From assembly GCA_026390165.1 (NCBI GenBank), contig JAPLGM010000025.1, positions 29,768 to 93,767 of the forward strand: a stretch of DNA of 64,000 nucleotides. The letters are read 5' to 3'. Source of the DNA: Campylobacterales bacterium (GTDB lineage: Bacteria; Campylobacterota; Campylobacteria; Campylobacterales; Sulfurimonadaceae). The notes below the pieces were generated by a model. That model saw nothing but the letters and a program-made list of their open reading frames with translations, was not told the DNA's origin and did no database searches. Shown piece after piece: positions 1-9,110 of the stretch. Both the position numbers and the translations under genes were made by a program. The first letter of the stretch is position 1. Every line of letters begins with the position of its first letter.

Positions 1-677
1 TGTCTAAGCTTCAAGGAACCAACGCCGTTATTATCGCCGATGCGGTAAAAGTGGAATTGGAAAAATACAAAGAGCAGATGAAGGCTCAAGGGATCAATTA
101 TATTATCACTCGTAATGATGGTGAACGTGCCGATGAAGCGGTTAACGAACTCGTTTTTCATCTCCTCCTCTCTATTGTTATTATTGCTATTTTGCTCACT
201 TTTGTATTGGGCTGGCGTGAGTCACTTATTGTTACGTTTACTGTTCCTGCTATTTTGGCGATTACTCTATTTATCGCCTATCTTACAGGACAAACGATCA
301 ATCGTATTACCCTTTTTGCCTTTTTATTAAGCCTTGGGTTATTGGTGGATGCGGCAATTATTGTTATCGAGAATATCCACCGCCATTTCCACTCTCCTAC
401 GGCTGTTGACAAAGATGTTGATCAGCTTATGATTGAAGCAACCGATGAGATAGGTGCACCCACCAATATTGCAACCCTTGCCATCATTCTAACGATGGTG
501 CCAATGGCCTTTGTTGGACAAATGATGGGGCAGTTTATGAAACCTATCCCTGCCAATGTTCCCGTTGCACTTATTGCCTCTTTATTTGTTGCTTATATTT
601 TCACCCCTTATTTGGCAGTACGGTTGCTTAAAAAACCGGATCACCATACACCTGATCACCATGGAGAGGCTCACTAA
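1..677 (+). CDS. AcrB/CusA-family RND permease, N-terminal half (5' truncated by window edge)
   Basis: Frame is open from base 3. Contains RND TM4-6 motifs (LGLLVDAAIIVIENIHRH) and ends in a His-rich tail (DHHTPDHHGEAH). The stop overlaps the next ATG (TAATG). Confidence 0.88.
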   Translation, partial: SKLQGTNAVIIADAVKVELEKYKEQMKAQGINYIITRNDGERADEAVNELVFHLLLSIVIIAILLTFVLGWRESLIVTFTVPAILAITLFIAYLTGQTINRITLFAFLLSLGLLVDAAIIVIENIHRHFHSPTAVDKDVDQLMIEATDEIGAPTNIATLAIILTMVPMAFVGQMMGQFMKPIPANVPVALIASLFVAYIFTPYLAVRLLKKPDHHTPDHHGEAH

Positions 678-2389
678 TGTACCAAAAATTTGAAATTGCA
701 CTCCTCAATGTGCTTCACTCTTCTTCTAAAAAGAAGATGATTTTGTTGATGACACTCGTTGGTTTTATCCTCTCGGTGGCAATGATCCCGACTGAGCTCG
801 TTATGGCGAAAATGCTTCCCGGGAAAAACAACGATACCTACTCCGTTTATGTAGATCTCCCCACAGGAAGTTCTATCGAACAAACGCGGCGCGTCACCGA
901 ATGTGTCACGGGAATTTTGCAAAAAGAATCTCAAGCCATTGATATGGAGGTCTTTTTGGGGATGGGTTCCCCTTTGGATTTTGCCGGTCTTATTAAAGGA
1001 TCTCATTTCAAAAATTCTGAAAATGTCGCCGAAGTAGTCGTCAATCTCACTAAAAAGCACGACCGTTCTGAGCCCTCTTATTTGATGGTGCAGCGTCTTC
1101 GCCCTATTATTCAAAAACAATGTGAGCCCATCATTGCTCAAACCAGTATCAAATTTGTCGAGCCTCCAGCAGGACCTCCAACAATGGCAGCTATTGTTGC
1201 TGAAATTTATGGGGACAATGCGTCAGGGATTCGTCATTTAAGCGAACGGGTTAAAGAGGTATTTTCTCATACTAAAGGTCTTGTTGATATTGATATTATG
1301 CAAGATGATATTTATGACAAGTTTGAAGTACATGTTAACAGTGATAAAATTGCCCGTGCAGGTTTAAATATCAAGCATGTTAATGATATTTTATATCTGG
1401 CATTTGAAGGGATGGATATCGCAGTAAAAAATTCTCGTGAAGCTTCAGAACAAATTCCTATCTTTCTCGTCCTCGATCCTATTGGAAAAAAATTCAGTTC
1501 AAAAGATTTAAATGCGGTAGAGATCAAACTTATGAGTTTAAAATTGATGAACACGATGGGGATGATGGTACCGATTACGGAAGTCGTTAGTGTCGTTCCT
1601 GTAAAATCTAATCCGATGATTGTGACCAAGAATCTTCACGAAATGACCAATGTACTGGCAGAAACCGATATGGTTTCTCAAGTTTATCCTCTCATGGATG
1701 CCCGTAATGACATCTTAAAAACATTTTCTGATGAGTATGAAATTCATAAAATTGGTCTTTTTAATCTTGAATTGATCGACAAAAAGTCACATGAACAGTA
1801 TAAATTACTTTGGGATGGTGAGATGGAAGTCACTCTGGACACCTTCGTTGATCTAGGGGGCGCATTTATTGCCGCCCTTATCTTGATCTTTTTACTGATG
1901 GTTATCTATTACAAAAGCTTTGTATTGAGCGGTATTGTCCTCTTGGGAAGCTTTCTCTCTATTATCGGTGTTCTTCTAGGGCATTTCATTATGAATCTCT
2001 TCACTGCGGATACCTTCTTTTTGACGGCGACATCCCTTATTGGATTTATTGCTCTCATCGGTATCAGCTCTCGAAATTCTCTTCTTCTGATTGACTTTAC
2101 CAAATCGTTAATGCAAGACAAAGGGATGCAGAAAAAAGAGGCGATTGCTTACGCTGCCGCAACGCGTGCAAAACCGATTTTCCTCACTGCCGCCGCTATT
2201 ATCCTAGCGTCTACCCTTCTTGCGAGTGACGCTGTATTTGGAGGGCTTGGTGTAGCTCTTATTTTTGGTACCCTTGCCGCTGTTGCGGCATCACTTATCG
2301 TTGTTCCTATCTTACTTGACAACTCTGAGCTAGAACGTCATTTCAATTTTCATGAGCGTAAAGCTGTTTCGGTGATGGATCCGTTGTAA
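677..2389 (+). CDS. AcrB/CusA-family RND permease, C-terminal half
   Basis: 570 aa with one N-terminal TM, a large periplasmic domain and C-terminal TMs carrying RNSLLLIDF and RAKPIFLTA motifs typical of RND TM10-11. Confidence 0.88.
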   Translation: MYQKFEIALLNVLHSSSKKKMILLMTLVGFILSVAMIPTELVMAKMLPGKNNDTYSVYVDLPTGSSIEQTRRVTECVTGILQKESQAIDMEVFLGMGSPLDFAGLIKGSHFKNSENVAEVVVNLTKKHDRSEPSYLMVQRLRPIIQKQCEPIIAQTSIKFVEPPAGPPTMAAIVAEIYGDNASGIRHLSERVKEVFSHTKGLVDIDIMQDDIYDKFEVHVNSDKIARAGLNIKHVNDILYLAFEGMDIAVKNSREASEQIPIFLVLDPIGKKFSSKDLNAVEIKLMSLKLMNTMGMMVPITEVVSVVPVKSNPMIVTKNLHEMTNVLAETDMVSQVYPLMDARNDILKTFSDEYEIHKIGLFNLELIDKKSHEQYKLLWDGEMEVTLDTFVDLGGAFIAALILIFLLMVIYYKSFVLSGIVLLGSFLSIIGVLLGHFIMNLFTADTFFLTATSLIGFIALIGISSRNSLLLIDFTKSLMQDKGMQKKEAIAYAAATRAKPIFLTAAAIILASTLLASDAVFGGLGVALIFGTLAAVAASLIVVPILLDNSELERHFNFHERKAVSVMDPL

Positions 2390-2398
2390 TAACGGATC
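2378..2398. terminator. Hairpin at convergent gene ends (probable terminator)
   Basis: GATCCGTT-GTAAT-AACGGATC followed by a T-rich tract, between two convergent stop codons. Confidence 0.55.
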
Positions 2399-2929
2399 TT
2401 ATTTTTTCCCTTCTACCAGTTTTTCTAAAATATAAAGCTGCAACTCTTTGTGCGGTATCTCTTTCTCCAATGCTTCCGAATAAATTTTCGCTACATCACC
2501 AGCATGAAGATCATAATCAAAATGGGGGAAGTGATTTTCCCATCCACGCTTAAGGATTTGATGTGCTACTAAATCGATGAGATATTCTTTATAAATGGCA
2601 TACATTGCAAAAAACATCCCTGTAAATAATACTGCCATAATAATCAGTAAATGACAATCAATTTTGATTAATTTGGCATGAAACAAAGCAGCAGGCGGAA
2701 GCATAATAATATGCCAAAGTGCAATAAAAACGATATAGCTTTTCCCGACGCTAAAGCGAAATCCGGGGATATTTCCCTCCAGCTTTAAACCGTCTTGGTA
2801 CATTTTATTGGTTCGTAATAGATCACGAAAAAGCATCGGGGAATCAGAGAGGGTAAAAACGTAAGGGATGATTTTTTCATCCATAATACGGCGACTGTAG
2901 GTTGGTATCCATGTAAAAATTCTAAGCAT
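2399..2929 (-). CDS. Hypothetical membrane protein
   Basis: Two hydrophobic segments. Start placed at ATG 2929 (RBS AAGGA, 8-nt overlap with the lpxB stop) rather than 3004. Confidence 0.7.
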   Translation of the reverse strand: MLRIFTWIPTYSRRIMDEKIIPYVFTLSDSPMLFRDLLRTNKMYQDGLKLEGNIPGFRFSVGKSYIVFIALWHIIMLPPAALFHAKLIKIDCHLLIIMAVLFTGMFFAMYAIYKEYLIDLVAHQILKRGWENHFPHFDYDLHAGDVAKIYSEALEKEIPHKELQLYILEKLVEGKK

Positions 2930-3971
2930 TGGTTTCCTTGATAATGTCACTAACGCGTCGTGCACTTCCATGTCCCAGTAGAGAGTGAAGTGCACTTGCA
3001 TCATTGAAAAATTTTTCTCTATTCATATGAAGATAGCTATTATACAGATTTTCTGCCGTAACATCATCTTGAATAAATTCAGGATGGAGTGCTCTTGCGT
3101 ATTTATGGACAAACAGAAGATTACCAAGCCCTACATACTCTAGTTTTATAAGGGCGCGTCCGATGATATAGTCAAGTTTTTTGGCAATGTAGACAAGGAC
3201 AAAGGGTGTTTTAATCAGACACGCTTCGAGTGTCGCCGTTCCGCTGCAGATAAAGGCAAAATCGGAGGCAGCAAGGGTAGTATGCGCCTCGTGCGTTACC
3301 GTAAAATCGCTAATATCACCATAGAGTTCGTCTATTTTGACGGTATTAAAATGGGGAGGGATAACAAGCATCGCGTGACACTCTATACGTGAGCGTACCT
3401 CTTTAAAAATAGCCATCAGTTTTTTGATCTCTCCAGGGCGACTACCGGGCATAAATGTGATAATTCCTGTTGGGTTGAGATTGGATTTAGTAACGGTAAT
3501 CTCATCAAGCAGAGGATGTCCGACGTATTCGATAGGGGCATTAGGCGAATAGTAGGAGGGTTCAAATGGGAGGATCGAGCACAATTTTGTAATTGTTTTT
3601 TCAAGAACGGGGATTCGCTTTTTCTTCCATGCCCATGCTTGGGGGAGGATATAGTAGAGTATCTCTTTATGGGGGTAGCGTTTACGAAGCGACTTTGCTA
3701 AGGGGAGGTTAAACCCCGATGAGTCGATGAGGAGAACTTTGTCGACATCTTCTGCCAGTTCCACCATCTGATCTTTGAGGCGAAAAAAGAATCGAAGTTT
3801 TTTAAGGGCATCGACAAATCCCATAATAGCAGTGGAGCGTAAATCAACAATACTCTCCCCCAGTGAGGCATCAAAAATACCACAGAGTTCGACATCCTCC
3901 CCCAGTTCTTTGAGAAGATAGCGTAGATGAACGTTCGCCGAGTGTTCGAGTGCTGAGACAAGTAGTTTCAT
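2922..3971 (-). CDS. lpxB: Lipid-A-disaccharide synthase
   Basis: SALEHSAN start, MGFVDAL, YYILPQAWAW, YVGHPL, MPGSR and SGTATLE motifs. Confidence 0.95.
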   Translation of the reverse strand: MKLLVSALEHSANVHLRYLLKELGEDVELCGIFDASLGESIVDLRSTAIMGFVDALKKLRFFFRLKDQMVELAEDVDKVLLIDSSGFNLPLAKSLRKRYPHKEILYYILPQAWAWKKKRIPVLEKTITKLCSILPFEPSYYSPNAPIEYVGHPLLDEITVTKSNLNPTGIITFMPGSRPGEIKKLMAIFKEVRSRIECHAMLVIPPHFNTVKIDELYGDISDFTVTHEAHTTLAASDFAFICSGTATLEACLIKTPFVLVYIAKKLDYIIGRALIKLEYVGLGNLLFVHKYARALHPEFIQDDVTAENLYNSYLHMNREKFFNDASALHSLLGHGSARRVSDIIKETNA

Positions 3972-4330
3972 GAGCTTCCTCCTCCTGTCATAGAATTATC
4001 GGGAGAATAATGCTCTTTGCTATGCTCATGATAGTCGCTTAAAAAGGTGGTAAGGGCATCAATCTGAGCATCGCTTAATCCCATTGCGAAGGGGATCATC
4101 ATTTGAGAAAGCTGGGTATCTCCTTGTTTCGCTCGAAGTCGTGTCAGTTTATAGACCAAAAAAGCTTTACGGCGAAATGCAAGAGGGGGATAGAGGTTCG
4201 TCCCTTCAGCCGATACACCATGACACCCGTTACACCCTTTGGAAAAATAGAGTTTTTTACCTTGATCGTAAGCAGATGGCGAGGCGCTGAGGGTCATTAA
4301 AGTTAAAAAAAGTAAAACCACAACACGCAT
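3968..4330 (-). CDS. Monoheme class I cytochrome c (c553-like)
   Basis: Signal peptide, CNGCH heme motif and distal Met (MMIPFA). ATG 4330 follows RBS AAGGGG. Confidence 0.85.
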   Translation of the reverse strand: MRVVVLLFLTLMTLSASPSAYDQGKKLYFSKGCNGCHGVSAEGTNLYPPLAFRRKAFLVYKLTRLRAKQGDTQLSQMMIPFAMGLSDAQIDALTTFLSDYHEHSKEHYSPDNSMTGGGSS

Positions 4331-4394
4331 ATTTCCCCTTTTTAAACGTTTCTTTATTACAATGTTAGAATTATAGCAAAACACAGGAGCAACC

Positions 4395-5618
4395 ATGGTT
4401 ATTGCGAACGCGATTATCTACGACATTCACGGGCAACGGCATGCAGATGTTAAAATAGAAAACGGCATCGTGACACAAATTGGAGAGAATTTGGTCGATG
4501 AGGTCTCAATTGACGGGAGTGGATGTTATCTCATCCCAGGATTAGTGGACACGAATGTTCGGTTAAAAGATACCCAATTAAGCGGTAAAAATCTCACATC
4601 ACTTGCTCGTGAAGCGTTGAGCGGTGGGGTGAGCCGTGTTGTTCTAAGTGGCGATATGCAACCTAGTGTGGACAATGAGATTACTTTGGAATTTGTCCAA
4701 AAACATTACAAGTGTCACAGTGGTGCCAAAATAGAGTGTGCAATTAGTGCTTTAAATGAGAGTGAGCAGTTAAGTAATATTGCACTCTTACTTAAAAAAG
4801 GGGGGCGAGCCCTTTATACCAATTTAAACGATGATTACAATCTTATTATGCGGATGGCTCAGTATCTCCAAATGGCAAAAAAAACGCTTTTTTATCAAGC
4901 GCAAGATAAAAGTCTTTTTGAAAGCGGTGTAATAAGCGATGGGAAAGTAGCCACTGCGTTGGGCCTGCCTGGAATTTCCCCTATGTCGGAAGTCGTACAC
5001 ATTGCAGCAATGATTGAAATTGCACGTCATTATGGGATTACGATTGTTTTCAAAAGCGTGAGCGAACCTCGTTCAGTAGAATTGATCGCCCAAGCGCGTG
5101 CACAGGGGATAGCGGTGGAGTGTGAGGTTACATTGCACCATCTGTTGCGAAGTGACGAAGCGTGTCGAGGATTCGATGCGGATGCGAAGATCAATCCCCC
5201 GCTGACCAGTGAAACCAAACGGCTCTTATTGATTGATGCCCTTCAAAAAGGGGAGATTCACTCTTTAAGTGCGTTACATCAGCCTAATTCGGATATTCAC
5301 AAAGATATTACCTTTTTTGATGCCAATTACGGAACAACCTCAATAGGGGAGTATTTGCCGCTGTGTTATACCTATTTGGTGAAAACTGGGATTATTGATA
5401 TGGCAACATTGGTACGTCTTGCGTGTTGTACACCAGCCTCTCACATCGGGATAAGTGCAGGGGAGATTGCTGTCGGGATGGAAGCAGATATGGTAGTGTT
5501 CAATCCAAATGAGACGATGAAAGTGTCGCACCACCACTCGTTGTATAAAAACGAGGTGTTATCTGGTCGAGTGATGATGGCGATCCAAGGGGATGAGGTA
5601 ACGCGGTTTTTAAAGTGA
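4395..5618 (+). CDS. pyrC: Dihydroorotase-like amidohydrolase, probably inactive (PyrC'-type)
   Basis: Amidohydrolase fold motifs (IPGLVD, KINPPL, ADMVVFNP), but the metal-binding DxHxH is replaced by DTNVR. Confidence 0.75.
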   Translation: MVIANAIIYDIHGQRHADVKIENGIVTQIGENLVDEVSIDGSGCYLIPGLVDTNVRLKDTQLSGKNLTSLAREALSGGVSRVVLSGDMQPSVDNEITLEFVQKHYKCHSGAKIECAISALNESEQLSNIALLLKKGGRALYTNLNDDYNLIMRMAQYLQMAKKTLFYQAQDKSLFESGVISDGKVATALGLPGISPMSEVVHIAAMIEIARHYGITIVFKSVSEPRSVELIAQARAQGIAVECEVTLHHLLRSDEACRGFDADAKINPPLTSETKRLLLIDALQKGEIHSLSALHQPNSDIHKDITFFDANYGTTSIGEYLPLCYTYLVKTGIIDMATLVRLACCTPASHIGISAGEIAVGMEADMVVFNPNETMKVSHHHSLYKNEVLSGRVMMAIQGDEVTRFLK

Positions 5619-5909
5619 CTTCGCGTTGCGAAACTCTGAAATTTCCGATTCTACCATCTCATCAATCATAATTTTGTAGAGTTTGGTGAGAAGATTGGGG
5701 GAGACCCCAAACTCCATCGCACGGGTGCGTACTCGATCCATCACCGCTTCCATCCGATCTTTTCCTTTGATCTCATCAATGGAATCTTTAAAATGAGCTG
5801 CTTGTTTGACGTACGCATTACGAGCCGCTATAAGTTCGACGATTTGGTCATCCAGTCCATCAATATGGTGACGGAGTTCTTCTAAACTTTTACAATTGAT
5901 AACTTCCAT
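5610..5909 (-). CDS. Type II (AroQ-class) chorismate mutase
   Basis: SLEELRHHIDGLDDQIVELIAARNAYV pattern, 99 aa. Confidence 0.88.
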   Translation of the reverse strand: MEVINCKSLEELRHHIDGLDDQIVELIAARNAYVKQAAHFKDSIDEIKGKDRMEAVMDRVRTRAMEFGVSPNLLTKLYKIMIDEMVESEISEFRNAKSL

Positions 5910-6133
5910 ACGTAATATCCTTATGATTTATAGTTCATATATCATAGCATTATAAAAGTAAATACAGTGCTGGAATTAACTCATTGCGTTGTTTATAATA
6001 ATTTTATCACATAGTTCATTATAATAATCTCTTATTAAGTATTTTTTAACTCATTTTACTTATTCTTATAAATATTTAAGGATATGAGGAATAATATACT
6101 CGTACTTTTAAGTGAAATAGAGGAATAGCCATA

Positions 6134-7543
6134 ATGAATATCTCAAGACGTGACTTATTTAAATTCGCAGGTATCAGTGCAGCAGCAGCTGCAATAACAG
6201 GGTGTAGCACTAAAGCATTCGATCCACTTCCTGCAAAAGTAGCAGCACCTGCTAGCGTTATGCTTGGTAAGCATCAAGTTGTTATTATCGGTGGAGGATT
6301 TGGCGGTTTAACGGTTGCCAAAGAGCTTAAAAAGATTGATCCTAAATTTGATGTAGCGATTATCGAAAAAAATGACAGCTTTATGTCGTGCCCATTTTCA
6401 AATTGTAATCTTGGGGGTATTGAGGGTGTGAACCTTGGTACATTGACACATGACTATTCTCAAGCGATTGAAGCAAATGGATATGGAATGTTGACAGCGG
6501 TTGTTACTGGAATTGACCGTGCTGCAAAAGTGGTTCATACGTCAAAAGGTTCAGTAGGTTACGATATTTTGGTTATGGCACCGGGTATTGACTACAACTA
6601 CAAAGGGCAGTTCCCAACATGGGATGCAACAAAAATTGCAAAAGCTAAACGTTTGACTCCGGCTGCTTTGGTTCCAGGTGGTGAACACATCGCATTGGAT
6701 CGTATGGTTAAAAATATGGAAGACGGTGATGTTGTTATTACTGTTCCCGCGGGTAAATACCGATGTCCTCCTGCACCGTTTGAGCGTGCGAGTATGATTG
6801 CAAACTATATGAAAAAAGAGGGAATTAAAGGTAAAGTTATTATCTTGAATGAAACTGCTGAAGTTGCTAAAGGGGCTGCATTCAAAGAATCTTGGAAAGA
6901 GATCAATGCAGGTGTAGTAGAGCATAATGATAATTGTAAAATTGTTGATGTTGATTTCGATAAAAAAGAGATCACCTACGTTCAGACTGTGTTTGCAAAT
7001 AAAGAAGACGATGAGGGTGTAAAAACAACCAAAACGCTGAAATACGGTATTTTCAATTTTATCCCCCACAATATGTCTAATCCAGTCATTGAGATGTCAG
7101 GTGTTGCGACGACTCCTGACGGATTCAAAAAAGTTAAAATGGCGACAAGTGCTGAAAAACCAGTTTCATTTCAAACGGCTACGGATGTTAGTGTCTATGC
7201 GGTCGGCGATGTTGTAGGTCACGCAATTCCACCAAGTGGACAATCAGCGATCTGGTCAGGTAAAGAGTGTGCAAAAGAGATTGCTCATGTTCTTCATGGT
7301 AAATCGTACAGTGTAGCTTCGGCACTTCCCTATAAAAGTGCAAACGTTTGTTACTCGATGGTAAATGGAAATCCTGAAGAAGCGATTATGGTTAATCATG
7401 AATTTATGGTTGTAGGGCCAGTGATCGGAAGTAAAGGGAGTGTTCCAAAAGGGGATACGGTTAACGATAAATTTCGTTCAACTGGATTGGGTAAAGCAAC
7501 TCGTGATTGGTACAAAGGCGCAATGCGCGACCTATTTAGTTAA
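6134..7543 (+). CDS. fccB: Tat-exported sulfide dehydrogenase flavoprotein (FccB/SoxF family)
   Basis: Twin-arginine signal SRRDLFK, GGGFGG FAD motif, SCPFSN, YRCPPAPFERA and a C-terminal NVCYS with conserved redox cysteines. Confidence 0.85.
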   Translation: MNISRRDLFKFAGISAAAAAITGCSTKAFDPLPAKVAAPASVMLGKHQVVIIGGGFGGLTVAKELKKIDPKFDVAIIEKNDSFMSCPFSNCNLGGIEGVNLGTLTHDYSQAIEANGYGMLTAVVTGIDRAAKVVHTSKGSVGYDILVMAPGIDYNYKGQFPTWDATKIAKAKRLTPAALVPGGEHIALDRMVKNMEDGDVVITVPAGKYRCPPAPFERASMIANYMKKEGIKGKVIILNETAEVAKGAAFKESWKEINAGVVEHNDNCKIVDVDFDKKEITYVQTVFANKEDDEGVKTTKTLKYGIFNFIPHNMSNPVIEMSGVATTPDGFKKVKMATSAEKPVSFQTATDVSVYAVGDVVGHAIPPSGQSAIWSGKECAKEIAHVLHGKSYSVASALPYKSANVCYSMVNGNPEEAIMVNHEFMVVGPVIGSKGSVPKGDTVNDKFRSTGLGKATRDWYKGAMRDLFS

Positions 7544-7546
7544 ACG

Positions 7547-7573
7547 CCATCGGAATAAAATCCCGATAGCTAC
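7547..7573 (-). repeat. GTAG-type REP-like palindrome
   Basis: Minus strand reads GTAG-CT-ATCGG-GATTTTATT-CCGAT. Confidence 0.45.
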
Positions 7574-7604
7574 ATTAACACTGTGTTCTCGCAGGCTGTG
7601 TACC

Positions 7605-7627
7605 CACGTACGCTTACGTGCTTTTTC
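7605..7627 (+). terminator. Possible intrinsic terminator after fccB
   Basis: CACGTA-CGCT-TACGTG followed by CTTTTT. Confidence 0.4.
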
Positions 7628-7657
7628 TCTCGTTCCCAAGCTCCAGCTTGGGCATGC
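7628..7657. repeat. REP-like palindrome CTCGTTCCCAAGCTCCAGCTTGGG
   Basis: Perfect 8-bp stem CCCAAGCT-CC-AGCTTGGG. It resembles a dispersed bacterial palindromic repeat family (recalled, not searched). Confidence 0.55.
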
Positions 7658-7740
7658 ATAAAGTTGCACAGACAGACTAAGCCAACGAGGAAAAACTTGC
7701 TAAACTACATACTACAAAATCATTCACACGGAATCAATAC

Positions 7741-8469
7741 ATGGAAAGAAGAAATTTTTTAAAAGTTGTTGCCGCAACTGCAACCGTTATGGCGGTAAGT
7801 CCATCCCTTATTCGGGGCAATTTGTATGCGTCAGATGGAACACTGTATCGAGCGTATGAAAAAACACAGCTCATAGGTGCAGATGGGAAACCAATTTTAG
7901 CATCAAAGCTAGAAAAAGAGGTAAATTATATTTTTAATTATCCGTATGCGTCTACCCCTTGTTTGTTGGTCAATTTACCAAAACCTACAGCAACCGATGT
8001 TGAACTAGCATCAGAGAATGGTGAAAAATATATTTGGAAAAGTGGTGTAGGGAAAGATCGTACGATTGTTGCCTACGTAGCTATCTGTACCCATCAAATG
8101 ACACACCCGACACCAAGTGACAGTTTCATCATGTACGTTCCTGAAAAAACGAAAACAATAGCGTATGAAAAAAGCGGTATTATTGTCTGCTCTTCACACA
8201 TGTCCGCATTTGATGTGCATGCAGGGGCGAAAGTCCTCGGTGGTGCGGCAACTCAGCCGTTAGCAGCCGTCGTACTGGAACACGCCACTGATGACACTCT
8301 TTGGGCAGTAGGTATTTTGGGGTCTGATAAATTCCAAGATTATTTTAAATCATTCAAGCCAGAACTGAAACAGTTTTATAATGGTCCTGCAGAAGCAAAA
8401 AAACTTGTCTCCATTTCGGCTAAAACAGTCAAATTGACTGAGTTTTCAAAAGAACTGATCCAATACTAA
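7741..8469 (+). CDS. Tat-exported Rieske [2Fe-2S] protein
   Basis: MERRNFLK Tat signal and Rieske ligands CTH and CSSH. The disulfide-forming cysteines of bc1-type Rieske proteins are absent. Confidence 0.85.
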   Translation: MERRNFLKVVAATATVMAVSPSLIRGNLYASDGTLYRAYEKTQLIGADGKPILASKLEKEVNYIFNYPYASTPCLLVNLPKPTATDVELASENGEKYIWKSGVGKDRTIVAYVAICTHQMTHPTPSDSFIMYVPEKTKTIAYEKSGIIVCSSHMSAFDVHAGAKVLGGAATQPLAAVVLEHATDDTLWAVGILGSDKFQDYFKSFKPELKQFYNGPAEAKKLVSISAKTVKLTEFSKELIQY

Positions 8470-8477
8470 AAGGGGAA

Positions 8478-8891
8478 ATGATGAAAAAACTTTTAACGAT
8501 ACTCGTACTGTCAGGACTGTTGGCTACTTCGATAAATGGTGCGCAGAAAGATCCTCGATCGGTATTGATGCAAGACATGCGTACGATGCTTGAGGCAATG
8601 GAACAGATTCAACGGGGTGGCTTATACAGTTCTACGGAGGATATGAAAGCGGGGGTTAAAAAACTCCAAGGGACATTGAAATCGTTAGAGAGTGATGATG
8701 TCAAATTGATTTTACCAAAAGATCAAAAATATGCCTACCAATTTGCTCAAAAAACAGCAAGTATGCTTCATCTTTATTCTAGTGATATGGTAACATCGAT
8801 CGATGCGGGACGTATGGATGATGCACTTGAAGATTATTCTCAGCTACTCAAACAATGTACCTCGTGTCATATTCGTATTCGTAACTGGTAA
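8478..8891 (+). CDS. Class II (cytochrome c'-like) periplasmic cytochrome
   Basis: Signal peptide, helical body and a C-terminal CTSCH heme motif. Confidence 0.8.
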   Translation: MMKKLLTILVLSGLLATSINGAQKDPRSVLMQDMRTMLEAMEQIQRGGLYSSTEDMKAGVKKLQGTLKSLESDDVKLILPKDQKYAYQFAQKTASMLHLYSSDMVTSIDAGRMDDALEDYSQLLKQCTSCHIRIRNW

Positions 8892-9110
8892 TTCTTTTTT
8901 AATCCTCCCTTTTGTTGTACCCTAGGGGGTATGACGAGTTAGAATTCAATTAATCTTATTTATCACATTTTTATCTTGCAAACTAATAAACGGTTCTTTT
9001 TATCATCAAAAATGTAGTTTCTAAAGACTTTATTAAGAAATGAATGGTAAACTGCTTATATGATCCAAAATAAGAATAACTTATGTGGACGATTTTTCTG
9101 AGGAGAAAGA

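Noticed and set aside
6003-8968. TTTATCACAT upstream of both fccB (6003) and the porin (8959)
   Set aside because: It is an AT-rich 10-mer in AT-rich spacers with only two instances and no dyad. Chance cannot be excluded.
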